Part shown: piece by piece, positions 1 through 10,585 of the stretch
How positions within the stretch are numbered: position 1 is the first letter of the stretch
Layout of the letters: every line of letters begins with the position of its first letter
Origin: an uncultured Actinomycetes bacterium
GTDB lineage: Bacteria; Actinomycetota; Thermoleophilia; Gaiellales; JAICJC01
Reading direction: 5' to 3'
NCBI GenBank assembly: GCA_963760755.1
Contig: CAVXEE010000004.1
Location: forward strand, 627,235-691,234
DNA: 64,000 bases
Notes under the pieces: generated by a model
What the model was told of the DNA's origin: nothing
The model's database searches: none
The model's input: the letters and a program-made list of their open reading frames with translations, nothing else
Made by a program: the position numbers and the translations under genes

Positions 1-1759
1 CCCCCTTCAGGAACACGTGCCCGATCTCGAAGAGCGCCACCCGCGGCGCCGACATCGCCAGGTTACGCCGGGCGGAATGCAGCAGGCCCGGGAAGACCAG
101 CGTGCGCATCGCCGCCCACTCGGCGCTCATCGGGTTCTCGAGCTCGACCAGGTCGCGGCGGGGGTCGCCGGCCGCGAGCCGCAGCCGGTCGGGCACGCCC
201 AGATCCCACAGGGTGAGCGTCGCCGCCTCGGAGAGGCCCGCTCCGCGCAGCGCGTCGACCACGAGCCGGCGCAAGCGCTCCTCGGCGTTCAGGCGGCCGC
301 CGCCCGGGGCGCCGCCGGGCATCTCGGCCGGCACGCGCTCCATGCCCACCACCCGTGCGACCTCCTCGAACAGGTCGACCTCGCGGGTGGTGTCGGCGGC
401 GCGCCATGTCGGCACCCGCCAGCCCGCGCCGGCCCACTCGTAGCCCAGCCGCTCGAGCGTCCGGTCGACCTCGGCATCGGTGTACGGGATCCCGATCAAC
501 CGCTCGAGCCGCTCGCGCCGCAGCGGCACGACCGGCGGCTCCGGCAGGTCGCCGTGCACGTCGATCGTGCCCGGCACGAGCTTTGCGCCGGCCAGCTCGA
601 CCATCAGCTGCGACGCGAGCCGCAGCGCCTTCTCGGACAGGTACGGATCGAGCCCCTTCTCCCACCGGCTCGACCCCTCGGTGCGCAGCCCGAGCCGGAT
701 CGAGGATGCCTGCGTGGTCGGCCCGTCGAAGTTGGCGCACTCCATCAGCACGGTGGTCGTCTCGGCGGTGACCTCGCTCCACTCCGACCCCATCAGGCCG
801 GCGACGGCCGAGGGCTTCTCGGCATCGGCGATCACGAGCGTGTCGGGATCGAGCAGCCGGTCCTGGCCGTCGAGGGTCGTCACCCGCTCGCCCTCGCTCG
901 CCCGGCGGACGATGATCTCGCGGCCGGTCACCTTGTCGAGGTCGAAGGCATGCGTGGGCTCGCCGATCGCGAGCATGACGTAGTTCGTGATGTCGACGAC
1001 GTTCGAGATCGGCCGCATCCCCGCCCCCGCGATGCGCGCCTTCATCCACGCCGGCGACGGCCCCACCCGGACGTCGGTGAAGACGCGCGCGGCCCAGCGC
1101 GGGCACATGTCCGGCGCGTCGATCCGGGCGTTCACATAGTCGCCCGCCGTGCCCGCGCCGGCCGCCTCGGGCTCGTTGCCCGGCCACGGCGCCAGGTCGG
1201 TGTCGAGCACGGCCGAGACCTCGCGGGCGATGCCGTAGACGTTCTGGCAGTCGGGCCGGTTCGAGGTGATCTCGAACTCGAGCACGTCGTCGGCGATGGC
1301 GAGGTGGTCGATCAGCGCGTCTCCGACCGGCCAGTCGCCCGGCAGCAGCATGATGCCGTCGTGATCCTGGCCGAGCTCGAGCTCGCGCTCGGAGAGCATC
1401 ATCCCGTGCGACTCCACGCCGCGCAGCTTGGCCACGCGCAGCTCGGTCCCGTCCGGCAGCACGGCGCCGGGCAGGGCCACGGCCACCGTTGCCCCGGCCT
1501 CGAAGTTGCTCGCCCCGCACACGATCTGCTGCGGCTCGCCGGTGCCGATGTCGACGGTGCACAGGCTGAGCCGGTCGGCGTTGGGGTGCTGCTCGCGGGT
1601 GAGCACGCGGCCGACCCGGTAGCGGTCGAGGTCGCGGGGCACGCCGCGCCGGTGCAGCGCCTCGAGCTTCGTGCCGGTCATCGAGAGCCGCTCGCCGAGA
1701 TCGCGCGGCGGCACGTCGAACGACACGTACTCGCGCAGCCACGAGACGGGCACCCTCAT
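1..1759 (-). CDS. pheT: Phenylalanine--tRNA ligase beta subunit (3' part runs off window)
   Basis: Hand translation from ATG at 1759: MRVPVSWLREYVSFDV..., same frame still reads ALFEIGHVFLKG at the window edge; overlaps pheS stop. Confidence 0.95.
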   Translation of the reverse strand, partial: MRVPVSWLREYVSFDVPPRDLGERLSMTGTKLEALHRRGVPRDLDRYRVGRVLTREQHPNADRLSLCTVDIGTGEPQQIVCGASNFEAGATVAVALPGAVLPDGTELRVAKLRGVESHGMMLSERELELGQDHDGIMLLPGDWPVGDALIDHLAIADDVLEFEITSNRPDCQNVYGIAREVSAVLDTDLAPWPGNEPEAAGAGTAGDYVNARIDAPDMCPRWAARVFTDVRVGPSPAWMKARIAGAGMRPISNVVDITNYVMLAIGEPTHAFDLDKVTGREIIVRRASEGERVTTLDGQDRLLDPDTLVIADAEKPSAVAGLMGSEWSEVTAETTTVLMECANFDGPTTQASSIRLGLRTEGSSRWEKGLDPYLSEKALRLASQLMVELAGAKLVPGTIDVHGDLPEPPVVPLRRERLERLIGIPYTDAEVDRTLERLGYEWAGAGWRVPTWRAADTTREVDLFEEVARVVGMERVPAEMPGGAPGGGRLNAEERLRRLVVDALRGAGLSEAATLTLWDLGVPDRLRLAAGDPRRDLVELENPMSAEWAAMRTLVFPGLLHSARRNLAMSAPRVALFEIGHVFLKG

Positions 1760-2781
1760 CCGAACTGCTCCATGAAGCGCAGGTCGTTCTCCCACAGCAG
1801 GCGGATGTCGGGGATGTCGTGTCGCAGGCCGGCGACGCGCTCGACGCCCAGGCCGAACGCGAAGCCCGACACCTCCTCGGGGTCGTAGCCCTCGACGTAG
1901 GTGTACAGGTTGGGGTCGACCATGCCGGCGCCGAGGATCTCGACCCAGCCCTCGGCCTTGCACACGCGGCAGGGCGACCCGTCGCGGGCGCAGTTGAAGC
2001 AGCTCACGTCGACCTCGACCGACGGCTCCGTGAACGGGAAGAAGTGCGGCCGCAGGCGCACCTCGCGCTCGGGGCCGAAGATCGCGCGCGCGAACCCGAG
2101 CAGCGTGCCCTTGAGGTGTGCGAGCGTGATCCCGCGGTCGACGACGAGGCCCTCGATCTGCGTGAACATCGCGGTGTGGGTCGCATCCGGCGTGTCGCGG
2201 CGATAGCAGCGGCCGGCCGTCGCCATGTAGACCGGCGGCGGGCCCGCCTCCATCGTGCGGATCTGCACCGGCGAGGTGTGCGTGCGCAGCACGACGTCGT
2301 CCGAGATGTAGAAGGTGTCGGTCACCTGCCGCGACGGATGCGTCGGCGCGTGGTTCAGGGCGTCGAAGTTGTAGCGGACGAGGTCGACCTCGGGCCCGTC
2401 GGCGATCTGGTAGCCGAAGCCGACGAAGACGTCGAGGATGTCGCGCCGGGTCTGCTCGATCAGGTGGGAGTGGCCGCGCGGACGGCGCTCGCCGGGCAGG
2501 GTGACGTCGACCCGGTCGGTGCGCAGCCGCTGCTCGAGCTCTGCCTCGCCGAGCTCGGCGGTGCGCCGCTCGAGCAGGTCCTCGAGCCCGCGCCGGGCCC
2601 GGTTGAGCTCGGCGCCGCGCGTGCGCCGCTCCTCCGGCGGCAGCGATCCCAGCTCGCGCAGGGCGAGCACGAGCGGCGCCTTCCGGCCGAGGACGTCGAT
2701 CCGCACCGCCTCGAGCGCCGCCGAGTCGGCGGCGGCGGCGATGCGAGCAGAGGCGTCGGCGACCAGGGATTCGAGGTCCAT
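1756..2781 (-). CDS. pheS: Phenylalanine--tRNA ligase alpha subunit
   Basis: HPSRQVTDTFY, LRTHTSPVQIR, FPFTEPS, GFAFGLGVER motifs; start MDLESLVADA. Confidence 0.96.
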   Translation of the reverse strand: MDLESLVADASARIAAAADSAALEAVRIDVLGRKAPLVLALRELGSLPPEERRTRGAELNRARRGLEDLLERRTAELGEAELEQRLRTDRVDVTLPGERRPRGHSHLIEQTRRDILDVFVGFGYQIADGPEVDLVRYNFDALNHAPTHPSRQVTDTFYISDDVVLRTHTSPVQIRTMEAGPPPVYMATAGRCYRRDTPDATHTAMFTQIEGLVVDRGITLAHLKGTLLGFARAIFGPEREVRLRPHFFPFTEPSVEVDVSCFNCARDGSPCRVCKAEGWVEILGAGMVDPNLYTYVEGYDPEEVSGFAFGLGVERVAGLRHDIPDIRLLWENDLRFMEQFG

Positions 2782-2823
2782 CGTGGCCGGGTAGTGTACT
2801 TCCATGGTGCGATCGACCCCCGC

Positions 2824-3534
2824 GTGACCTCGGCCTACGACCGCCTCGGCCGGCGCTACGACGCCTGGTGCCGGTCGGTCACCGAGGACATCGGCTTCTA
2901 CGTCGATCTGGCGCTGGCATCGGGCGGGCCGGTGCTCGAGATCGGAGTCGGCTCGGGCCGGGTGGCGGTGCCGACCGCGCTCGCCGGTGTGCGCGTCGTC
3001 GGCGTCGACACCTCGCCGGTGATGCTTGACCTCGCGCGTGAGCGCGCCGCCCCGCACGGGGTAATCCTCGAGCTCGTCGAGGCCGATATGCGCGATCTGC
3101 CCGACCTCGGCAGCTTCGCACTCGTGACGGTGCCGTTTCGCGCCTTCCTGCACCTGCGCGACGACGGCGAGCGGCTGGCCGTGCTGCGGGCGCTGCACGA
3201 GCGCCTGCGGCCGGGCGGGACGCTCGCGTTCGACGTGTTCCATCCCGACCGGATCGACATCGCCGACACGCACGGCCGCTGGATCGAGCGCGAGCCGGGC
3301 ATCGACGAGCGGGCGTGCTGGGACGAGGCCAGGAGGCGCCTGCTGCTCTCGGTGCGGGCCGGCCGTGTCGAGGCGCAGATGGAGCTCTGGTGGGTCGATC
3401 CCGCCGGCTGGCGCGACCTGCTCGAGCGGGCCGGCTTCGAGCGGATCAGCGTCCGCGGGTGGTTCGACGGGCGGCCGCTCGAGCCGGGCGCCACGGATTC
3501 CGTCTGGTTGGCGCATCGGCGGGAAGCGCGATAG
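2824..3534 (+). CDS. Class I SAM-dependent methyltransferase
   Basis: VLEIGVGSGRV motif I, GVDTSPVML, ADMRDL, LRPGGTLAFD; GTG start inferred. Confidence 0.85.
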   Translation: MTSAYDRLGRRYDAWCRSVTEDIGFYVDLALASGGPVLEIGVGSGRVAVPTALAGVRVVGVDTSPVMLDLARERAAPHGVILELVEADMRDLPDLGSFALVTVPFRAFLHLRDDGERLAVLRALHERLRPGGTLAFDVFHPDRIDIADTHGRWIEREPGIDERACWDEARRRLLLSVRAGRVEAQMELWWVDPAGWRDLLERAGFERISVRGWFDGRPLEPGATDSVWLAHRREAR

Positions 3535-3543
3535 GGTCGTGCA

Positions 3544-4158
3544 ATGGAGCCATACCCCGTCACCTTCTCGGTCGACTACCCCGACCGTCCTTTAGACCGC
3601 CTCTCGAGCGCGCTGCGCATCTTCTGGGTGATCCCGATCGGGATCATCCTCGGCGGCCTCGACCACGCCACCGGCGGGGCGAGCAGCCACAACGGCCAGA
3701 TCGCCGCGGCCGGCGGGGCCGTCTTCGTCCCGCTCGTGCTGATGCTGCTCTTCCGGCAGAAGTATCCGCGCTGGTGGTACGACTGGAACCTCGAGCTCAC
3801 GCGCTTCTCCAACCGGGTCGGCGCCTACGCGCTGCTCATGGACGACGCCTACCCGTCCACCGACGAGCACCAGTCCGTGCACCTCGACTATCCCGAGGTC
3901 ACCGGCCCCGAGCTCAACCGCTGGCTGCCGCTCGTCAAGTGGCTGCTCGCGATCCCGCACTACTTCGTGCTCTTCTTCCTCTCGATCGGGGCGTTCTTCG
4001 TCCTCATCTTCGTCTGGTTCGCGGTCCTCTTCACGGGCCGCTACCCGCGCGGGGCGTTCGACTTCGTCGAGGGCGTGCTGCGCTGGGGAAACCGGGTGTC
4101 GGGCTACGCGTTCACGCTGGTGACGGACGTCTATCCGCCGTTTCGGCTCGCTGCCTGA
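3544..4158 (+). CDS. DUF4389-type membrane protein
   Basis: Two internal repeats (LFRQKYPRWW...RVGAYALLMDDAYP and LFTGRYPRG...RVSGYAFTLVTDVYPPF). Confidence 0.8.
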   Translation: MEPYPVTFSVDYPDRPLDRLSSALRIFWVIPIGIILGGLDHATGGASSHNGQIAAAGGAVFVPLVLMLLFRQKYPRWWYDWNLELTRFSNRVGAYALLMDDAYPSTDEHQSVHLDYPEVTGPELNRWLPLVKWLLAIPHYFVLFFLSIGAFFVLIFVWFAVLFTGRYPRGAFDFVEGVLRWGNRVSGYAFTLVTDVYPPFRLAA

Positions 4159-4922
4159 GCGCGCTGGCGCACGGCCTCGTAGAGCGCGAGGGTGGCCGCC
4201 TGGGCGGCGTTCAGCGACTCGGCGCCGGGCGCCTGGGGAATCGTGCAGACGACGTCGCACGCCTCGACCACGTCCTCGGGCAGGCCGTGCCGCTCGGCCC
4301 CGACGGCGAGCACCGTGGGACCGGTGAGGTCGGCCTCCCAGAGCGGCATCCCCTCTCCGGCGACGAGCGCGACCCGCACGCCGTCGGTCGGCAGCTCGGC
4401 GCCGGTCTCGATCGGGACGCGGAACACGGCGCCCATCGACGCCCGCACGCCCTTGCCGGCCAGTGGATCCGAGCAGCCCGGCGAGAGCGCCAGGCGGGCC
4501 GGCCCGAGCGCACCGCACGCCCGCACCACCGTGCCGACGTTGCCGGGGTCGATCACGCGGTGCAGATAGACGCCGAGCGGTGAATATGCGGGGTCAGACC
4601 CCGGATATTCACGCGGGAGCGAGGCGATGTCGTAGAGGCCGATGACGCGGGCCGGGTGGCCGAGGCCGCCCACCTCGGCGAGCAGGGCGTCGCGCACCGT
4701 CAGGACGGGGCCGCCGCGGGCAAGCCGCGCCACCAGGCCCTCGTCGGGCGGCCGGTCGGCCGCGATCAGCGTCTCGACCGGCAGGATGCCGGCAGCGAGC
4801 GCCTCCTCGACGATGTCCTCGCCCTCTGCCAGGAACTGCCCCAGGAGGCGGCGATGACGCCGGGCCTGGAGCTTGCGGGCGTGCTTCAGCCGGGCATTGC
4901 CCTGCGAGGTGATCGGCTCCAC
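4131..4922 (-). CDS. TrmH/SpoU family RNA methyltransferase
   Basis: ITSQGNARLK N-terminus, DPGNVGTVVR, RASMGAVF, GAERHGL, ESLNAAQA SPOUT motifs; follows rplT. Confidence 0.9.
   Translation of the reverse strand: MEPITSQGNARLKHARKLQARRHRRLLGQFLAEGEDIVEEALAAGILPVETLIAADRPPDEGLVARLARGGPVLTVRDALLAEVGGLGHPARVIGLYDIASLPREYPGSDPAYSPLGVYLHRVIDPGNVGTVVRACGALGPARLALSPGCSDPLAGKGVRASMGAVFRVPIETGAELPTDGVRVALVAGEGMPLWEADLTGPTVLAVGAERHGLPEDVVEACDVVCTIPQAPGAESLNAAQAATLALYEAVRQRAQAASRNGG
4580..4612. repeat. 33-bp palindromic REP-like element, copy 1 (in frame inside the TrmH-family gene)
   Basis: gtgaatatgcggggtcagaccccggatattcac; related copies at 16876 and 59817. Confidence 0.85.
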
Positions 4923-4935
4923 GGCCGGCGGGGCG

Positions 4936-5295
4936 TCATACGGCAAGCGCGGCCTTGGCGGCCTCGGCGAGGGCCCCGAAGGCCTTCGGATCCGAGACGG
5001 CGATGTCGGCCAGCACCTTGCGGTCGAGCTCGATCTCGGCCTTGCGCAGGCCGAACATGAACTGGTTGTAGCTGAGGCCGTGGCTGCGGGCACCCGCGTT
5101 GATGCGGATGATCCAGAGCCGGCGGAAGTCGCGCTTGCGGGCGCGGCGATCGCGATACGCGTACGAGAGCGACTTGAACATCTGCTCCTTCGCGTGGCGA
5201 TACGTGTTGTTCTTCAGCCCGCGGTAGCCCTTCGCCGCCTCGAGCACCTCTCGCCGCTTCTTCTTGCCGTGAACGCTGCGCTTGACGCGTGCCAT
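4936..5295 (-). CDS. rplT: 50S ribosomal protein L20
   Basis: MARVKRSV..., [33 protein letters not shown]. Confidence 0.98.
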   Translation of the reverse strand: MARVKRSVHGKKKRREVLEAAKGYRGLKNNTYRHAKEQMFKSLSYAYRDRRARKRDFRRLWIIRINAGARSHGLSYNQFMFGLRKAEIELDRKVLADIAVSDPKAFGALAEAAKAALAV

Positions 5296-5305
5296 CTCGG
5301 CCCTC

Positions 5306-5503
5306 CTATCGCTTTCCCAGGAGGCGCAGCGCCTCGTTTTTGTCCGCCGGAACCATCTCTTTGGTGTGGCGCTTGATCCGCCGGCGATCGGCGCTCTTGT
5401 GCTCGGCCTTGTGCGCGCGGAACGCGCGCCGACGCAGCACCTTGCCGGCCGCCGTCAGCTTGAACCGCTTCTTCGCGGCGCTCTTGGTCTTCATCTTCGG
5501 CAT
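5306..5503 (-). CDS. rpmI: 50S ribosomal protein L35
   Basis: [22 protein letters not shown]; lies between infC and rplT. Confidence 0.98.
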   Translation of the reverse strand: MPKMKTKSAAKKRFKLTAAGKVLRRRAFRAHKAEHKSADRRRIKRHTKEMVPADKNEALRLLGKR

Positions 5504-5516
5504 GTCCGGTTCTCCT

Positions 5517-6137
5517 TCAGGCGCCCGTGGCGGCCTCGTCGGCCGCCTCTGCGGGCGTCTCGTCGTCCGCCTTGGCGGCGGGCGTCGGCGCCACGGCCTT
5601 GTGCGGCGCCAGCATCATCACCATATTGCGTCCGTCCTGCAGCGGCTGGGACTCGATCGCCCCGAGCTCCTTCACGTCCTCGGCCAGGCGCAGGAGCAGG
5701 TCGCGACCCCGCTCCGGATGAGTCATCTCGCGCCCGCGGAACATGATCGTGACCTTGACCTTCGCCCGGCTCTTCAGGAACCGCACCACGTGACCCTTCT
5801 TGGTCTCGTAGTCGCCGATGCCGATCTTGGGCCGCAGCTTGATCTCTTTGATCGTGATCGTGGACTGATGCTTGCGCGCGAGCTTGGCCTTCTGCTCCTG
5901 CTCGTACCGGTACTTCGAGTAGTCCATCACCCGGCAGACCGGCGGCCTGGCCTCCGGCGCGACCTCGACCAGGTCGAGGTTCTTGTCCCAGGCGTACTTC
6001 TGGGCTTCGTCGGTGCTCTTGATGCCGATCTGCGAGCCGTCGTCGTCGATCAGGCGAACCTGCGGGACGCGGATGGCCTCGTTGATCCGGGTCGTCGGCT
6101 CCTGCGGCCGTTGGTCGATCTGCCTGCGGGGCCTCAA
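5517..6137 (-). CDS. infC: Translation initiation factor IF-3 (non-ATG start, exact start uncertain)
   Basis: [42 protein letters not shown]. Confidence 0.96.
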   Translation of the reverse strand: MRPRRQIDQRPQEPTTRINEAIRVPQVRLIDDDGSQIGIKSTDEAQKYAWDKNLDLVEVAPEARPPVCRVMDYSKYRYEQEQKAKLARKHQSTITIKEIKLRPKIGIGDYETKKGHVVRFLKSRAKVKVTIMFRGREMTHPERGRDLLLRLAEDVKELGAIESQPLQDGRNMVMMLAPHKAVAPTPAAKADDETPAEAADEAATGA

Positions 6138-6189
6138 GACCTGCGCCTAGTCACGATCATCCTCAACCTGTGGAGCTCCTCTCCTCGAC

Positions 6190-6318
6190 ACGAAAAAATG
6201 GGTGCCTCAGGCACCCGAAATGCAGCCCCGGTCGCGGAACTGCCGCCGAACAATTCGGTTGAACCCTCCGGCATGGCGCCGGGCGGGTGAGGGGCGAGAT
6301 GCCTCTGCTTTGCCAGGC
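6190..6318 (-). promoter_or_regulatory. L20-type ribosomal protein leader with terminator-like hairpin
   Basis: Minus strand AAGCAGAGGCATCTCGCCCCTCACC resembles the 5' part of L20 leaders; hairpin CGGGTGCC-TGA-GGCACCCA followed by T6 (6193-6217); upstream of infC-rpmI-rplT. Confidence 0.65.
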
Positions 6319-6322
6319 GGTC

Positions 6323-6350
6323 AGTATAGCAACGCCCCCGGGACCGCCAA
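6323..6350 (-). promoter_or_regulatory. sigma-A-type promoter of the infC operon
   Basis: TTGGCG-16 nt-TATACT with extended -10 TG. Confidence 0.6.
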
Positions 6351-6406
6351 ATCATGCCTGGCAAGGCTTGACCATCGCGCGGTCGGTGATGCATGATCGC
6401 CGTGAA

Positions 6407-7051
6407 ATGTTCCACGACCGCACCCAGGCAGGCGCCGCCCTGGCGGCGGCGCTGCCCGACCTTCGCAAGAAGTCGAACGTGACCGTGATCGGCCTCGCCC
6501 GCGGCGGCGTCGAGGTCGCGGCCGAGCTCGCCCGCCTGCTCGACCTGCCGCTCGACGTGCTCTGCGTGCGCAAGGTGGGCACGCCCGGGCACACCGAGCT
6601 GGCGATGGGCGCCGTCGCTCCGCAGGGCGAGCGGTACACCAACCGGCGCGTCGCCGGCCGCCTCACCCAGGCCCAGGTCGACAGCGCGTACGACATCGCC
6701 ACATCCGCGGCGCGGGAGATGGACGAGCGCCTGCGCGGCGGCGTGCCGATGATGCTCGTCGGCCGCACGGCGGTGATCGTCGACGACGGCGCCGCCACGG
6801 GTGCGTCGATCCGGGCCGCCCTCGCGGCGGTGCGAAACGCCGGCGCGCGCCAGACGGTGATCGCGCTGCCCGTCCTGCCGCGCCTGGCCGTGGAGCGGCT
6901 CGAGCGCGAGTGCGATCGGCTCGTGACGCTGCGCGCGCCGCAGCGCTTCCACGCCGTCAGCCAGTTCTACGAGCACTTCGACCAGGTCACCGAGGCCCGC
7001 GTGCTCGAGCTGCTCGCCGCCGCGAAGCCGGCCGTCGAGCTGACGGTGTAA
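6407..7051 (+). CDS. Phosphoribosyltransferase-family protein
   Basis: MFHDRTQAG..., GLARGGV, VRKVGTPG, IVDDGAATGAS PRPP-binding loop, AVSQFYEHFDQV. Confidence 0.88.
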   Translation: MFHDRTQAGAALAAALPDLRKKSNVTVIGLARGGVEVAAELARLLDLPLDVLCVRKVGTPGHTELAMGAVAPQGERYTNRRVAGRLTQAQVDSAYDIATSAAREMDERLRGGVPMMLVGRTAVIVDDGAATGASIRAALAAVRNAGARQTVIALPVLPRLAVERLERECDRLVTLRAPQRFHAVSQFYEHFDQVTEARVLELLAAAKPAVELTV

Positions 7052-7086
7052 CGGCGGCGCGGTCGCACGGGCGGGACGGGGCGCGC

Positions 7087-7208
7087 CTGCCACTTGGCAG
7101 ACACGGCGGATGCCAATTGGGCGGTACGGCCCGGTGTTTACGGCGTGATCACGACCCGAACCGTGTCCGCTGCGCCAATTGGCATCCATCACAGATGCCA
7201 GTTGGCGG
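7087..7208. repeat. Compound inverted repeat built from four GCCANTTGG palindromes
   Basis: ctgccacttggcag (7087), ggatgccaattgg (7108), ccaattggcatcc (7175), tgccagttggcg (7196), between convergent genes. Confidence 0.65.
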
Positions 7209-7225
7209 ACAAGCCCACCTCCGCT

Positions 7226-7630
7226 CTAGCCCTTGCCGCCCGGCCCGCGATGGTGCTCGCGGCGCACGACGTAGGTGCCGCGCGCGCGGGTCGCGAGCAC
7301 GGGCGGGTCGAGCACGTCGGCGGCCGAGCCGCTGACGTCGGGCCGGGCCGAGATCTCCTTCCAGATCTCGAGATCGACTGTGCGGCTGGTGTTGCCCATC
7401 CGCACGATCGTGCCGGTGACGCGCACGAAGTCGCCGCCGTAGAGCGGCGCCAGGAACTCGACCTTCTCATACCCCGCGAACAGACCCTCGTCGCCGTCGG
7501 TGCGCACCGCCAGCTCGGTGACGATGTCGCCGAACAGCTCGAGGCCGTGGGCGCCGTCGACCAGATTGCCGCCGTAGTGCACGTCAGCCGCCGACAGCCG
7601 CACCCGCAGCTCGACGCTCATCCCCTCCAT
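7226..7630 (-). CDS. Hotdog-fold beta-aminoacyl-CoA ammonia-lyase (3-aminobutyryl-CoA / beta-alanyl-CoA ammonia-lyase family)
   Basis: LRVRLSAADVHYGGNLVDGA...LFGD...TEL...DGDEGLFAGY..VEFLAP..GGDF, typical of Kal/Acl; AAGGAGGAG RBS. Confidence 0.8.
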   Translation of the reverse strand: MEGMSVELRVRLSAADVHYGGNLVDGAHGLELFGDIVTELAVRTDGDEGLFAGYEKVEFLAPLYGGDFVRVTGTIVRMGNTSRTVDLEIWKEISARPDVSGSAADVLDPPVLATRARGTYVVRREHHRGPGGKG

Positions 7631-7655
7631 GCGCTCCTCCTTCCGACCGCCGCGA

Positions 7656-8584
7656 TCATACGGCGCGCACGCGGTGCACGGGGAATGCGTCCTGCATGCG
7701 GCCGTCACGGCGCCGCGCCGGCCGGGCGGCGACCAGGCAGTTGTAGACCGCCTCCTCCGCCGCCTCGTAGGCCGCGGCGAAGAGCGGCGAGAGCGCCTCG
7801 TTCGTGTACCCCTCGGCCTCGGCGACGGTGAACGCGATCCCGATCTCGCCCGAGCCGTTCGAGGCGTACGACCCCGCCCGGGCCAGGCCCAGCAGCGGCC
7901 GCAGCGCCAGCCGCCGCAGCTGCTGCGCGCCAAGTGGCGCGTCGGTGGCGCAGACGGCGATGCAGGAGCCCTCGGGTGAGACCGGCAGCGGCGCCGGGTC
8001 GAAGCGCAGGCCGCCCGACGTGAACCGCTCGCGATCGCCGAAGTTGCACATGAGCAGCACCCCCACGGTATGGCCGGAGACCAGCCGCGATGCGGTGCCG
8101 ATGCCGCCGGGGAAGTCGAAGCAGGTCATGCCGGTGCCCGCGCCGACGGTGCCCTCGGCCACGTCCTCGCCGGCGTTCGCCAGGGCAGCGTCCGCATCGG
8201 CGACCGTCACCGTGCGCGCGTCGGCCATGTCGGAGTCGTCGCACTCGCCGACGACGGGGATCACCGTGTGGTCGGGGTCGCCGCCCGCCGCGAGCACCGC
8301 CGCGTGGTAGACCATCCCGACAGCGTGCGTGCCGCACAGCCAGACCGGCGACTGGATGATCCCCCACTCGTCGATCTCGATCTTCTTCGTCAGCTCGCCG
8401 ACGCCGTTCACCGTGTCCACGCCGGCTCGCACCGGCACGCGCGGCGGCACGACCACGCTCACCCCGGTGGCCTCGCCGCTGCCGGCCTGGGCGTGGCCGA
8501 CGCGCACCCCCGGCACGTCGGTGATCGCGTTGCGGGCGCCCGTCGGGAAGAGCCCGACCGGCCCGGCGATGTCGCGCCAGCGCG

Positions 8585-8588
<4 letters not shown>
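7656..8588 (-). CDS. P1/S58 family peptidase (DmpA/BapA-like aminopeptidase)
   Basis: GARNAITDVPGVRVGH, IPVVGECDDS, EGTVGAGTGM, GGIGTASR, EGSCIAVCATDAPL, NGSGE. Confidence 0.88.
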
Positions 8589-9606
<1,018 letters not shown>

Positions 9607-9610
<4 letters not shown>

Positions 9611-10585
9611 CCGGCGACCTGCGCCGGGACGTCGTTCAGGTGGCAGGCGGCGTCGTGCGCGTCGCCGACCGAGCGCAGGACGGGCTCCTTGTCGGCGCAC
9701 CGCGAGAAGGCGGAGTCGCAGCGCGGCTGGAACGGGCAGCCGGGCACGGGCCGGTCGAGCCGCGGCGGGGCACCGGGGATCGACTTCACCTGGTCGTCGC
9801 CGTAGAGGTCGGGCGTGGCCTGGAAGAGCATGCGCGTGTAGGGATGGCGCGGGTCGTGGAAGAGCGTCTCCATCGGCCCCGACTCGGCGATCTTGCCCGC
9901 GTACATGACCGCCGCCCGGCCGCAGACCTGGGCCACGACCGGCAGGTCGTGGGTGACGAGGATCATCGACAGTCCGAGGTCGTCCGTGAGCCGCACGAGC
10001 AGGTCGAGGATCTGGGCCTGCACCATCACGTCGAGGGCGGTCGTCGGCTCGTCGGCGAGCAGCACCTTGGGGTTGCACGCGAGCGCCATCGCGATCGCCG
10101 CGCGCTGGCGCATGCCGCCCGAGAACTCGTGCGGGAAGCGGTCGGCACGCGATGCCCGAGATCCCGACCATCTCGAGGAGCTCGGCGGCCTGCGACCGGG
10201 CGGCGCGGCCCGACGCGACTCCGTGCAGCTCCATCGGCTCGACGATCTGCGAGCCGACCGTCTTGACCGGGTTGAACGCGTTCATCGCCCCCTGGAACAC
10301 CATCGCGATGTCGCGCCAGCGGTGCGGGGAGACCGACTCTTCGCCCCTCGCCATGAGATCCTCGCCATCCAGCAGCACTCGGCCGGCGACGCTCGCGCTC
10401 GACGGCAGGAGGCCCATCAGCGCCAGGATCGTGGTCGTCTTGCCACAGCCGGACTCGCCGACCAGGCCCATCCGCTCGCCCGAGCGCAGCTCGAAGCTGA
10501 CTCCGTGCACGGCGTGCAGCTCGCCGCCTTGGATGTCGAACCACACGTGCAGGTCCTCGACGCGGAGCACGGGGGTGCTGCTCAC
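9607..10585 (-). pseudogene. Oligopeptide ABC ATP-binding protein (OppD-like) with one frameshift near 10157 (pseudogene or sequencing error)
   Basis: N-half (GESGCGKTT...LLEMVGIS) and C-half (DRFPHEFSGGMRQR, DEPTTALD) lie in different frames; removing one G from TCGGGCATCG joins them. Confidence 0.75.

Noticed and set aside
17-3534. Long + strand ORFs (17-1888, 1819-2823 part) and many similar long ORFs across the window
   Set aside because: Antisense or off-frame shadows of real genes in high-GC DNA; Arg/Pro/Gly-rich with no recognisable motifs.
7118-7127. TGGGCGGTAC matching the tRNA-Val 3' end (53062-53071) as a possible att site
   Set aside because: Only 10 bp in GC-rich DNA, the interval contains core genes such as thrS, and there is no integrase.
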